Assembly: GCA_963719515.1 (NCBI GenBank)
Contig: CAVRCJ010000001.1
Coordinates: forward strand, 1 to 64,000
DNA: 64,000 nucleotides
Direction of reading: 5' to 3'
Source of the DNA: an uncultured cyanobacterium
GTDB taxonomy: Bacteria; Cyanobacteriota; Cyanobacteriia; CAKZMO01
The notes beneath the pieces are model-generated. The model ran no database searches, had not been told where the DNA came from, and worked only from the letters and a program-made list of their open reading frames with translations. Shown piece by piece: positions 1-9,604 of this stretch. The number at the start of each line of letters is the position of its first letter. Positions within the stretch are counted from its first letter, which is position 1. The position numbers and the translations under genes are program-made.

Positions 1-1158
1 GAGCAAACGGTTACCATGACCCGATGGCTAGATATGCTTCGGGCACAGTACAACTGGTTGCTGGCTGAGCGCTTCGACTGGTGGGAGATGAACCGCTGTT
101 CGGTCAACGCCTGCCCACTCACCTGTAGCCTTGCGCCACTCAAAGATAATCCTAATTACTACAGCCAGAAGGCTAGCCTAGTACCTCTCAAGCGAGAGCG
201 GCCCTGGTACAAAGATTTGCATTCACAAGCGCTTCAGGAGGTGACGAAGCAGGTAAAGCAGACGTTCGAGCGTTTCATCAAAGGTGATAAAAACGGTAAG
301 CGTAGCGGCAAGCCTCGGTTCAAAGGCGCGGGGCGCTACAGGACGTTCACGTTCCCGCAGATGAAACCTGACTGCATCGATGGAAGTCGTATTACCCTGC
401 CTAAGATTGGCCAGGTGAAGCTAATCCTTCATCGCCCGATACCTGATGGGTTTACTGTCAAAACGGCCAAGGTGACTCGCAAAGCAGATGGTTGGTATGT
501 GAGCCTGTTACTGGAAAACAATGCCGTTCCGATGCTTACTCCGGATGTTGATAGGGCTAAGTCTGTCGGTGTTGACGTTGGGCTGAAGGATTTCTTGGTT
601 ACCAGTGACGGTGAGAGCGTTCCTATCCCTCAGTTCTTTCGACGCTCAGAGCGGCAGCTATCCAAGCTGCAGCGGCAGCTATCGAGACAGAAGAAGGGCT
701 CTAACCGCTGGCGTAAGCAGGTGAATCGCATCGCCAAACTGCATCTGAAAATATCGCGTCAGCGTCGTGATTTCTTTTCTAAGGTGTGGGATTGGCTGTT
801 CTCAAAGTACGATGTTGTCGCTCATGAAAAGCTCAACATCAAAGGACTTGCTCGAACCAGACTGGCAAAGTCAATCGCTGATGCCGCATGGGGTACATTC
901 TTGGAGATAGGCTCTTTCAAAGCCGCGAAAGCTGGAAAGATGACCATCGCTGAGAACCCACGCGGAACCAGCATTGATTGCTCGGGTTGTGGTGAGCGGG
1001 TACCAAAGACGCTGGCCGATCGGGTCCATAGTTGCCCGTCATGCGGCTTAACGATCTGTCGCGACCACAACGCGGCTATCAACCTATTGAATAGGGCTGT
1101 GGGACATCAAGCCCTTAATCTCTCGGGAAATGTCTCAGCAGTAGCTGGGAGTCACTGA
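1..1158 (+). CDS. tnpB: TnpB RNA-guided endonuclease (5' truncated by window edge)
   Basis: RuvC-I GVDVGL, RuvC-II VAHEKL, CxxC..CxxC zinc finger, RuvC-III RDHNAA; all three acidic residues present. Confidence 0.95.
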   Translation, partial: EQTVTMTRWLDMLRAQYNWLLAERFDWWEMNRCSVNACPLTCSLAPLKDNPNYYSQKASLVPLKRERPWYKDLHSQALQEVTKQVKQTFERFIKGDKNGKRSGKPRFKGAGRYRTFTFPQMKPDCIDGSRITLPKIGQVKLILHRPIPDGFTVKTAKVTRKADGWYVSLLLENNAVPMLTPDVDRAKSVGVDVGLKDFLVTSDGESVPIPQFFRRSERQLSKLQRQLSRQKKGSNRWRKQVNRIAKLHLKISRQRRDFFSKVWDWLFSKYDVVAHEKLNIKGLARTRLAKSIADAAWGTFLEIGSFKAAKAGKMTIAENPRGTSIDCSGCGERVPKTLADRVHSCPSCGLTICRDHNAAINLLNRAVGHQALNLSGNVSAVAGSH

Positions 1159-1204
1159 GGAAGCCCGCGCTGTATGCGTAGCATCAGCGTCGGGAGGATG
1201 TCAC
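1..1204 (+). mobile_element. IS200/IS605-family tnpB element, copy 1 (left end outside window)
   Basis: tnpB ORF followed by subterminal hairpin GAAG-CCCGCGCTGTATGCGTAGCATCAGCGTCGGG; ends ...GATGTCAC at 1204, where identity with copy 2 stops. Confidence 0.93.
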
Positions 1205-1220
1205 CCAGCGACTTTAGCCG
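1060..1220 (+). ncRNA. Predicted TnpB omegaRNA (reRNA); guide is the flank CCAGCGACTTTAGCCG; 5' end approximate
   Basis: Established TnpB architecture (scaffold overlaps tnpB 3' end and right end, guide from flank); hairpins TCTCAGC-AGTA-GCTGGGA and ATGC-GTA-GCAT visible. Confidence 0.7.
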
Positions 1221-2074
1221 CGATCGCCAGACGGTTTCTCCTGTCCCTGAAACCAAAACGTGGGGTGAATAAAAGAATATCCCGCCCGCTTGAGCTTCTC
1301 GTTCGCAACCCGCGCGTTATAGGGGCGATGATCGTTTTCGTCGGGGTTCCAGCTTACGGGCGCGAGGTCGTGGGCCTGCATGACGTGGTGGAGCAGCTCT
1401 CCGGTCGTAGGGGGAGTATCCTGCACGAGGTTGTAGACCCCGCTGAGCCGCCGCTGGCGGGCGAAGTCAATGGCCCCTACGATGTCATCCAGGTGAACCC
1501 AGTTGCTCGCGTCATCCCCTGTCCCCGGTCGCGTCGTTCCCGCCGCGTGTTTAAAGATTTTCACCAGCTCTCTCCCCGGACCGTAGATGCCCCCCAGCCG
1601 CAGCACACACACCTGACGCCCTGCGGACCCCAACCCCAGTAGAATTTGCTCCGTCTCAGCCAAGACCTTTCCCTTGGCGCTCGCCGGCGCGAGTGACTCT
1701 GCCTCGGCAACCCAGCCCCCCTGACGATTGCCGTAAACCGAATAGCTCCCGGTGTAGATGACCTGGCTGACTGGGGTGTCGGGGAGCACCGCCGCAAGAG
1801 CTTCTGCGGTCTCCAAATAGGTGCGCCGGTAGGCGTCAGCGCTGGGAGCTCCCACGCTTACCAACAAGACGTCCTGGCTCTGAAGCACTTGAGCCAGGGC
1901 AGGGCGATCGCTTCCTTTGACGAGCATCACCTGCTGCGCCACAGGCTCCAGCAGACCTAGGCGGCTTGGAGTCGTGGTGGTAGCCGTTACGGTCAACCCC
2001 TCATCCTGCCAGCGGCGAGCAACGGCTTGCCCCACGTAGCCGCATCCCAATATGGTCACTGCCGAAGTCGTCAT
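1214..2074 (-). CDS. NAD-dependent epimerase/dehydratase (SDR, YeeZ-like)
   Basis: ILGCGYVG Rossmann motif; LRLGGIYGPGR; NWVHLDD. Confidence 0.85.
   Translation of the reverse strand: MTTSAVTILGCGYVGQAVARRWQDEGLTVTATTTTPSRLGLLEPVAQQVMLVKGSDRPALAQVLQSQDVLLVSVGAPSADAYRRTYLETAEALAAVLPDTPVSQVIYTGSYSVYGNRQGGWVAEAESLAPASAKGKVLAETEQILLGLGSAGRQVCVLRLGGIYGPGRELVKIFKHAAGTTRPGTGDDASNWVHLDDIVGAIDFARQRRLSGVYNLVQDTPPTTGELLHHVMQAHDLAPVSWNPDENDHRPYNARVANEKLKRAGYSFIHPTFWFQGQEKPSGDRG
1220..1227. repeat. HIP1 octamer GCGATCGC (one example; many copies throughout the core genes)
   Basis: Recurrent palindrome typical of cyanobacteria; scarce in 23.2-36.4 kb and in the IS elements. Confidence 0.9.
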
Positions 2075-2249
2075 GGCGATATCCCTAAGCCTGCTTAAAA
2101 ATTCTGACAGATTATCGGCTTACCCAGCGGTGCGAAAGCGTTGCTCTAGAAAATTACTGAAGTTTTGACGGCTGGATAAAGCCAATGCAGCCTGCTTCCG
2201 TGACCTCCCCTTAGCGGTTTTCTGCAGTCTCCTGTCACAGTGTGGAACA

Positions 2250-5200
2250 TTGACATCGAGAAGCGCTGGCTTAAGGCCCAGCCACCAGGGAGCATCGACT
2301 GTGGCCGCAAAGCAATACTCACTCTACTGTCGCTATCGACGGCTCAAGCGAGGCGCGATCGCAACGGCGAGCAGCGCCGCCAAAGGGCTGCTGCGGGTGC
2401 TGTACCGGAGGCAACTCGGTCGGGGTGGGCTGCGTAAAAGACAGCCGTTTGACCTAGGATTCGTGCTGCCAACTACGGCGATGCTGCTGGTGGTGGTCTC
2501 TCTGTCGGTAGGGGCCATGGTGCTGCGGGCCTATGACCAGACGGTGCAGGCCGGAGGCGATCGCCAACAGCAGGCGGTGGTCAACGCCGCTTCCCCAGCA
2601 GTGGACCGAGCTAAAGCAAAGCTGGACTACCTGTTTGACCGCCGCACCGACCCCCGGCTCCCCGCAGGCGTCCCCCATCAAGACCAGCTGCGACGCCTGC
2701 TCTTAAACCGTTCGGAGCCGGTGCTCACTTTGGGGGAGGGAGACAATACAGATCCCTACACCTTTCCCGATGAGACCCGGCTCGACGTTGATGGCGATGG
2801 GGCCTTGGACAATGCCTGGCGCTATCGGATGGCAACTAGCAGCGGCGCTAACGCTACTGTGGCCTACAGCATTTTGCTCCATCAACCCGGCGCAGAGACC
2901 TCTTCAGTCGCGCAGCGGGCCGCTCAGGGCGCTGTGCGCCAGGCTCCTTCGGGTCACCAGACGGAAGGCTGTCGCTCACGCCACGCTGAGCTAGCGGCAG
3001 CCTACGCCGACGCCGGGTGGACAGCCGATTTGGCCCATCCTTCCCGCTACCGCAAAAATATCCAGGTGGATGTCTATGTTCTGCCCGACCGGGCCGGACA
3101 GCCCGTCGCGACCCTAGAGCTGCAGCAGGAGCGGCAGGTCCAGCAGGGGTTTCCCTGGGCCGCTTGGTTCCAAGACGATTTGGAGCTGTCCTCTGAAGAG
3201 CCGCTGGTTTTAAACGGTGCTTTCCACACCGAGGGGAGCCTGATAATGTCTGACGACACCGTGGCGCTACTGCCCGCGAGCGCCCCCGCCTCTTGTCTCT
3301 CTGGTCCCGGTGCGGCGCGGCTAACCACGGGCCACGCAGGCTCTGCAGGGCACTACGAGGGCTACGGCATTGCCGGGAGCCTGGAGCGCGATCGCTTTGG
3401 CGGCAGCACCCGGCTATACGACCAGTCTGGCAGCACCTTAGAGCTATCTACCAGCACCGATACCTTGGGGCATGCCCCGCAAAGACTCAGCGACCTGCTG
3501 CTGGACCCGCTGACGCAGCTGATGGAAGGGCGACAGGGCTACCGCAGCCCGGAGGTCACTCGCCAGGGCTCAGACCGCAGCGCCTCTCCTGATGCCCAGG
3601 GCGTAGGCGATCGCCTCTATGCCAAGGGCGAAGACCTCCCCCCCGCCCGCGATCGCTTTCGGGCCGACGACCGCTACGGCCCTGAAGCTACCGTCGGCGG
3701 GCGACTGATTCCCGGCAAAATTGGGGAGCCTATCGATGGCGATCGCCTGCTGAACGGGCCTGCGCCGCTCTCTGACGAGCGGCTGACCCGCAATGCCCCG
3801 GCTAACACGGGCGTGGATGAAAAAGAGGTGGGTTTAGATGGCTACTGGGAGCGCCGCGCCCGGCTGGAGGGGCTGCGAATCATCGTCGGGCAGCGCCTAG
3901 AGCTGCAGTCTCCCCTGTCGCCCGGGTCCCACTGCCCCAGCAACGCCCACCGCCGTTGCCACGAAGCGCGCCAGCGGCGATCGCTGCGAGACGCCCTCGC
4001 TGCGGTGCAGGCTACGCTTCTCTACCCCGCCCAAGATCCCGACCCCGACCGGCCTGTTGCCTGCCTGCTCTCTGTCGTTCATCCCGGCACCGCCGCCACC
4101 CTGGCCGCCAGCAGCGCCTTTAGCGATCGCTCGATGCTGCTGAGGGACTACCTCCCTACAGGGTTCTACACCGGTAAGCCGATCGTCACCGACCTGTTCA
4201 GCGGCCAGGGCACCAACGGCTGGGAATATGCTGCCCTGCCCGCCGCAGTGGAGACTGAGGCCGATTTTGAAAGGGCGATCGCCGCCCCTGCTCCCTTGGG
4301 TAAAGCGCTGCGAAACCTGGCCCACTTTGCCGGGGATCCCCTCGGCGGCAGTCCGTCCTTCACCCCGCCCAGCGACGGCGCGGCCCAAGTCCACCCCTAC
4401 CCACTGCTGGCCGCCTGGGGCGACTTTTCCCTCCTGCGCCGCATTCTAGAGGGCCTTGACCGGTCTAGAGCGTCCTACCGACAGCTCAGCCCCGCCGATA
4501 AGGCGACGCTGCACTCGGCGGCCTGTAGCCTCGGCGTCTTGGCCTACAACGTGGGCTATCTGACGCAGTTTACCTACCCCGACCCCGCTGCAATGCCCGT
4601 CGCGATGGAGCAGCTCATCGCAGCGCTGCACGAGGCTGACGCCAGCGCATTCGACTCTCCGCAGGCTGTACTAGCTGCCCTGCGCCGCCGCGACGCACCC
4701 CTCTCCCCTGACGTGATCACCCTCGCCGAGACCATTGCCCTAAAAGCTCAGGTCCAGCGCGATCGCCGCTGGGGGTTTGCGCTGGGTACCGTTAACGGCC
4801 CGGAGGTCCTCGACCCCGCGCTGCAGGCTCTCTCCCCCAGAGAGCCTGCTTTTCCGGCGCTGCAATACCTTTTCCCGCCGCTGGGCGGGGCTGTCGAGGA
4901 CAGTCCCACGTCCGGTTCCCCCGCGCCCGGCTCCCCCTGGCGCGACGACTACATTGCTCAGCTCAACCAGGGCTGGCGCTACCAGGCCATTGATGTGGGC
5001 GATGAGGCCACCCTAAAGGCGATCGCCGTTGCCCCTCGCCCCCTAGCACACTGGCGGCTGCCTCACCAGCCTGCGCCTCCCGGACCCTCCCTAAGCGATC
5101 GCGCCCTCTACCTCACCTGCCAAGGCGCGGTTTGCGGCGGCGCTGCGGGGCGGGTGCGACTGGCTATTAAGGAAGCGGCGCTGTTTGACGGACGAGAGAT

Positions 5201-6545
5201 GCTGATGGCGCGGGTGCTTGACTTAGACCTAGACCAGCTGCGTAGCTCTCCGGTGCTGGGACACAGCTGGCTTCCTGACAGCGGCATTGTCTATGGATTT
5301 CGGGAAGACGCTGTGCGAGAAGACGCCATCAACAGACCGGCGCAGCAGCCCTGGTCCGCCTGCGGGCAGTACCGCGCTCTGGTCGCTCCTGCTGGAGGCT
5401 GTGCCACAAACGCGGTCTTCGCGGCCGGTAGCTCCCACGACCCACCCTTAGGCGATCGCGCTATTAGCCCTAAACCCATCGACGGCCTGTCCGACCCCGA
5501 CCGTCGCCCCTATGGCTTTCGTCTGCGCAACGGAGCTCGGTTGTCGAGAGAGTCCTCTCCCCCGGCCTTCCAAGCGCGGGGGCTGTCGTTCGTCACCGAT
5601 AATCCGGTCTACGTCATGGGGCCTTTCAACCTGCACCAGGCGGCGGGGTGCCGGGGGAATTGCCCCTTAGAAGAATTTCGGGAGCTATTGCCAGCCCAGC
5701 GCCCTTACCGCCCCCGCGAGTTCTACCGCCGCCATACCCGCGACCCCCGCTTTGCTGACCCACAGCAGGACGACTGGCGAGCTAGCGAAATTGTGGCAGA
5801 TAGCGTCACGGTGCTGTCTGAGCAGTTTTGTGACGGCAGCGTCGAGGACACCTGGGCCACCGCTGGCATGGCCCAGCCCCGTCTCTCACGAGACACCATG
5901 ACGGCCTATGGCTGCCGCAACCGGGACCGGCGCACCTCGTTTCTCAATCAAAACCGACCGCGATCGCGTCCGCCCACGCCTGGAGATACCACCAGTCCCT
6001 GGCAGCGAGCTATCCCCTCAGACCCGTCATCCCCCATCGTCATCTCTCCCCAGGGCAACCCTGTACTCAAGGATGGAGCAGATTATGCTGGGGCCTATTC
6101 TCAGTTCTCTCACCCTAAGGCCCTCATTCGCGCCCGCCCCCAAACCGTGAATGCCCTTGTGGTTAGCGGCGGCGCGCCGTCCCGCAAGCATCAGTCGTCT
6201 GGCGGGCTCCTGGGGCAGCTGCGGCGGCTAGAGCATTGGGAGTCTCTTACTTTTAATGGAGCCTGGGTACAGCTCGGGGTTAGCCGCTACGCCACTGCCC
6301 CTTTGGACCAAGACGCTTGGGAGCCCAGAAGTCGTCCTCAACGCGCCAAATACAGTCAATACCAGGCTTTAGAGCAGCCCCACTGGCGCTACGATGTTGG
6401 GCTTCAGTACGTCTCTGCCCCGCCCTTTGCCAGGCAGTTTGAGACCGTAGCGGCTAATCCTCGCAGTGAGCTCTACAGCACGCCCGCTGCGAACGATCCC
6501 TATTTACTGCTGCTGTGTCGCGCTGCCACCGATCGCTGCCGCTAG
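2250..6545 (+). CDS. hpsA: HpsA-like large pilin-leader protein (hormogonium polysaccharide / type IV pilus associated); start uncertain
   Basis: G|FVLPTTAMLLVVVSL prepilin-like leader, then NAASPAVDRAKAKL..DPRLP, LDGYWERRAR..GLRIIVGQRLEL, SPKPID..DPDRRPYGFRLRNG, W.YDVGLQ. Confidence 0.8.
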   Translation: MTSRSAGLRPSHQGASTVAAKQYSLYCRYRRLKRGAIATASSAAKGLLRVLYRRQLGRGGLRKRQPFDLGFVLPTTAMLLVVVSLSVGAMVLRAYDQTVQAGGDRQQQAVVNAASPAVDRAKAKLDYLFDRRTDPRLPAGVPHQDQLRRLLLNRSEPVLTLGEGDNTDPYTFPDETRLDVDGDGALDNAWRYRMATSSGANATVAYSILLHQPGAETSSVAQRAAQGAVRQAPSGHQTEGCRSRHAELAAAYADAGWTADLAHPSRYRKNIQVDVYVLPDRAGQPVATLELQQERQVQQGFPWAAWFQDDLELSSEEPLVLNGAFHTEGSLIMSDDTVALLPASAPASCLSGPGAARLTTGHAGSAGHYEGYGIAGSLERDRFGGSTRLYDQSGSTLELSTSTDTLGHAPQRLSDLLLDPLTQLMEGRQGYRSPEVTRQGSDRSASPDAQGVGDRLYAKGEDLPPARDRFRADDRYGPEATVGGRLIPGKIGEPIDGDRLLNGPAPLSDERLTRNAPANTGVDEKEVGLDGYWERRARLEGLRIIVGQRLELQSPLSPGSHCPSNAHRRCHEARQRRSLRDALAAVQATLLYPAQDPDPDRPVACLLSVVHPGTAATLAASSAFSDRSMLLRDYLPTGFYTGKPIVTDLFSGQGTNGWEYAALPAAVETEADFERAIAAPAPLGKALRNLAHFAGDPLGGSPSFTPPSDGAAQVHPYPLLAAWGDFSLLRRILEGLDRSRASYRQLSPADKATLHSAACSLGVLAYNVGYLTQFTYPDPAAMPVAMEQLIAALHEADASAFDSPQAVLAALRRRDAPLSPDVITLAETIALKAQVQRDRRWGFALGTVNGPEVLDPALQALSPREPAFPALQYLFPPLGGAVEDSPTSGSPAPGSPWRDDYIAQLNQGWRYQAIDVGDEATLKAIAVAPRPLAHWRLPHQPAPPGPSLSDRALYLTCQGAVCGGAAGRVRLAIKEAALFDGREMLMARVLDLDLDQLRSSPVLGHSWLPDSGIVYGFREDAVREDAINRPAQQPWSACGQYRALVAPAGGCATNAVFAAGSSHDPPLGDRAISPKPIDGLSDPDRRPYGFRLRNGARLSRESSPPAFQARGLSFVTDNPVYVMGPFNLHQAAGCRGNCPLEEFRELLPAQRPYRPREFYRRHTRDPRFADPQQDDWRASEIVADSVTVLSEQFCDGSVEDTWATAGMAQPRLSRDTMTAYGCRNRDRRTSFLNQNRPRSRPPTPGDTTSPWQRAIPSDPSSPIVISPQGNPVLKDGADYAGAYSQFSHPKALIRARPQTVNALVVSGGAPSRKHQSSGGLLGQLRRLEHWESLTFNGAWVQLGVSRYATAPLDQDAWEPRSRPQRAKYSQYQALEQPHWRYDVGLQYVSAPPFARQFETVAANPRSELYSTPAANDPYLLLLCRAATDRCR

Positions 6546-6554
6546 GGGCTGCCT

Positions 6555-6589
6555 GAGAACTGGCGGTCACTGGGTTAGCGCCAGTTCTC
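6555..6589. terminator. Hairpin between convergent hpsA and FHA genes
   Basis: 11-bp inverted repeat GAGAACTGGCG / CGCCAGTTCTC; no clear U-tract. Confidence 0.45.
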
Positions 6590-6661
6590 CTGAAGACTGG
6601 TAGATTAAGTTTGCGGCGCATCGCCCCGGGCTGAGTCCGATAGAGGGGCTACGGCACCGCT

Positions 6662-7084
6662 CTAGTCAGGAACAGCGATCGCCTCCGGGTCATCCGTAGC
6701 GTAGGGGACGTCCGGTAACGAGGCTGGAGAGCGCAGGCCAGACTGGGCATTGAGCAAATTCTTAGGCAGCTCATTAAGCGCGTCTGACCCTAGCCGAATT
6801 TGAATGTTGGGGCCAGAGCGGGCCAGCCGGATAATCGCACCGTCGTTGATGGGCATCTGGGCGACGCGCTTGCCGTCAACGTAGGTTCCGTTGGTTCCCA
6901 AATTGACCACTTCCCAGCCATCGGCGGCCCGGCGAAGCTCAACGTGGTGACGAGAAACGACAGCGCTATACAAAACGACGTCGTTATCTGTAGAGCGCCC
7001 AATTCGGATGAGCGTTTCGCCCTCGAAAGGCCAAACTTGAACGGCGGTCTGCTTGAGTGGGTGGAGGAGAAGTAGAGTAATCAC
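6662..7084 (-). CDS. FHA domain protein
   Basis: IRIGRSTDN..VSRHH..GTNGTYVDG FHA motifs. Confidence 0.9.
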   Translation of the reverse strand: MITLLLLHPLKQTAVQVWPFEGETLIRIGRSTDNDVVLYSAVVSRHHVELRRAADGWEVVNLGTNGTYVDGKRVAQMPINDGAIIRLARSGPNIQIRLGSDALNELPKNLLNAQSGLRSPASLPDVPYATDDPEAIAVPD

Positions 7085-7103
7085 ACTGACTCAGGGAAAA
7101 CCA

Positions 7104-7547
7104 GTGACATTGTCCCGACGCTCATCTTTGACAGATAAAGCGCGGGCTTCGGGGATCGCTCCCCTGCGATTTCCTGCTTTTTTTGGCCCTGTCTAGCCAC
7201 ACAGCGCGCCATGTAATCCCGATTAGATCCCATCCACAGGCCGTTTTTGCGTCCAGGTGATGACCCACCCCAGCCGCCGAGTATTCGCTCTTTCACCTCA
7301 CATATCCTGATTCGCTGCACTGTTCACCAGCCATAGCTGTACGTCTGTGTCAGAACAGAAAGTCACCACCCATGTTGCCCCTCTAGGCGGTTTATCCGCG
7401 TTGGCAATGAAATTCTAGCATTTGTTCGTCTTGGCACTGCCCCCAACCCCTGCCTTCAGCATCAGATTAGGGGCGCACCTCGACTCACGCGATTGTCATC
7501 CCGACGCTGATGCTTTGCATACAGCGCGGGACTTCCCATCTAAAGTC
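7104..7547 (-). mobile_element. ORF-less IS200/IS605 mini-element (PATE-like); left boundary uncertain within 7539-7547
   Basis: Minus strand: left end AAGT-CCCGCGCTGTATGCAAAGCATCAGCGTCGGGATGACAATCGCG; right end GAAG-CCCGCGCTTTATCTGTCAAAGATGAGCGTCGGGACAATGTCAC; same end architecture as the tnpB copies. Confidence 0.82.
7412..7420 (-). promoter_or_regulatory. Extended -10 element inside the mini-element, facing its right end
   Basis: TGCTAGAAT on minus strand. Confidence 0.5.
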
Positions 7548-8134
7548 TGAAAGAGGAAAGACACTTTGTCTTCTTTGCCAAAGGCAACGCGATCGCCCGG
7601 CCGCAGTCGGTGCCGACTGCCAACTGCTACCGGTAAATTGTTGACGTAGGTTCCGTTAGAGCTACCCGTATCTTCAACGTAGTAAGCTTCTTCCTCCACA
7701 AGGATATCGGCATGGACGCGTGAGACGACCTCAGAGTGGGGAAAGCCGGAAATATCTATATCGGGGGGAACGCGGTCGTTGGGTTTCCCGATATGAATAA
7801 GGGCCTGATTGGCTGGCAGTTCAATAATGGTGTTTGTTGCGATGTGCTGCAGGTGGACCCGCTGCGGCTGGGGTTGAGAGGACGCCATTTCCTGAGCGAC
7901 ATTGTCTTCGTCTAGCGCGGCAAAGCCAACGTCTGCGCGCTCGTCTAGCACCTCAAAAGCAGGCTTAACCGCATCGCCGAGCTGCGCGCCACACTGGCCG
8001 CAAAAGCCAGCGCCGGCTCGAATATCTGCCCCACAGCTCGGGCAATTTACTATTGCAGGAAGGGGACTATAGCACCGGCTACACTGCGCCACTTCACCTG
8101 AGTTAGGGTGCGCGCAGTTGGGGCAGGTCACCAT
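7496..8134 (-). CDS. fraH: FraH-like double zinc-ribbon plus FHA protein; last ~16 codons come from the mini-element left end
   Basis: CPNC..CSRC..CPSC..CGQC; IHIGKPNDRVPPDID..VVSRVHA..SSNGTY; downstream of pgl. Confidence 0.78.
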   Translation of the reverse strand: MVTCPNCAHPNSGEVAQCSRCYSPLPAIVNCPSCGADIRAGAGFCGQCGAQLGDAVKPAFEVLDERADVGFAALDEDNVAQEMASSQPQPQRVHLQHIATNTIIELPANQALIHIGKPNDRVPPDIDISGFPHSEVVSRVHADILVEEEAYYVEDTGSSNGTYVNNLPVAVGSRHRLRPGDRVAFGKEDKVSFLFQTLDGKSRAVCKASASG

Positions 8135-8871
8135 TACGCGCGGCGATTGAGCTGAGCTGCCGCTGCCTCATCAACCAGCCACCATAGCTCTCCCTGCGGC
8201 TTGATCAAGCGGGCCGGATAGAGCGCTGCATCTACAGCGTCATCTTTGCGCAGCACTTGGGCCAGCGCTGGGGCTTTGCTGGCCCCACACACCATAAAGA
8301 TGACGCACTGGGCCCGGTTGATTAAGGGCGCGGTGAAGGAGATGCGGGTCTGACCGCCCTTTTCTCCCCGCGTCACGAGGCGATCGCGTACGTCAAGCGC
8401 CGGGGTGTGGGGAAACAAAGACGCTGTATGACCGTCATCTCCCAGGCCTAGCAACACAACGTCAAATTGGGGAAAGTCTTCCGGGGGAGCGTGAAAGAAC
8501 ATCTGCAGCTCTTTCTCATAGCGGTCTACGCAAGCTTGGGGGTCACCGTCCGTGGGAGCGGAATGGACGTTCTCGGGGGGGATGGGAACGCGATCTAGCC
8601 AAGCCTCCCGCACCATGCGCTGATTGCTGTCGGCGTGGTCTGCCGGAACGTAGCGCTCGTCGCCCCAGAAGACATGCAGGGCATCCCAGGGGAGCGGCTG
8701 CTTGGCGATCGCCTCATATAGCGGCTTCGGAGTGCTGCCTCCGGCGACGGCAAGGCTACAAATATCGTGCTCAGCCACCGCAGAGTAGATGCGCTTGGTA
8801 ACCAAGTCGAGGGCCTGCTCGACTACGACGGCTTTATCGGCAAGTACTTTAATACGAGAAGATATCATCAT
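8134..8871 (-). CDS. pgl: 6-phosphogluconolactonase
   Basis: GGSTP, FWGDERYVP..SN, LGLGDDGHTASLFP. Confidence 0.95.
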   Translation of the reverse strand: MMISSRIKVLADKAVVVEQALDLVTKRIYSAVAEHDICSLAVAGGSTPKPLYEAIAKQPLPWDALHVFWGDERYVPADHADSNQRMVREAWLDRVPIPPENVHSAPTDGDPQACVDRYEKELQMFFHAPPEDFPQFDVVLLGLGDDGHTASLFPHTPALDVRDRLVTRGEKGGQTRISFTAPLINRAQCVIFMVCGASKAPALAQVLRKDDAVDAALYPARLIKPQGELWWLVDEAAAAQLNRRA

Positions 8872-9050
8872 AAATAGATATAGCGGCTTTTATCAGCAGC
8901 TTTTAATAGAAGGCTGGTGCGCTGCGGCATACTCGATACCCTAACACTAGTCGATGGGGCGTTGGTAGGGCTAAGCGTACCTCATGTCCCCTATCGACTC
9001 AGTGCAAAATTTTGTATAAGTGGAGATAGCGCCGTCTCTTGCTGATCCCC

Positions 9051-9551
9051 ATGGCCGATACCTACCGCCAAGACGAAATTCAAGAAATTCTCCAGATTGC
9101 GATCGCCCGCCACGCTACGGTAGACGAACTTTCCCGCCAGCAGCTGTTCGAGATTGCCGAAGAGCTTGGTCTTTCAGACCAAAACATTCAGGCAGCTGAG
9201 CAAGACTGGCTTTTAGGCAAGCAGACCTCCCACGAGCAGCAAGATTTTCAGCGCTATCGCCGGGTGCGGTTTCGGCAGCATTTGATTAAGTACGGGATCG
9301 TCAACGGCTTTTTGATGCTGTTTGACTTTGTCACCTACGGCGATGGCGATTTGACGCTGTCGTTCTCGCTCTACGTTGCCTTAGTCTGGGGCCTATTCTT
9401 GACCCTAGAGGGCTGGAAGGCGGTGCAGACGGAAGGGGCGGACTACGAGCGGGCGTTCCAGCGCTGGAAGCGGCGGCGGTGGATTCAAAAGTCGGCGCGG
9501 CGCCTGCTGGGACAGTGGTGGTCTCCCTCGACGCTGCTCAAAGAGCGGTAA
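9051..9551 (+). CDS. 2TM domain membrane protein
   Basis: Y.Q.EIQEILQIAIAR N-terminus; HL..YGIVNGFL plus two hydrophobic helices. Confidence 0.7.
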   Translation: MADTYRQDEIQEILQIAIARHATVDELSRQQLFEIAEELGLSDQNIQAAEQDWLLGKQTSHEQQDFQRYRRVRFRQHLIKYGIVNGFLMLFDFVTYGDGDLTLSFSLYVALVWGLFLTLEGWKAVQTEGADYERAFQRWKRRRWIQKSARRLLGQWWSPSTLLKER

Positions 9552-9604
9552 TCAGGGTGATCGCACTCTGGTACGGTTAAAGCCTAGAGGTTGAGGCAGA
9601 GCTT

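Noticed and set aside
7081..7320. 79-aa ORF in the fraH mini-element
   Set aside because: No protein-like motif; runs through right-end hairpins and is better explained as RNA
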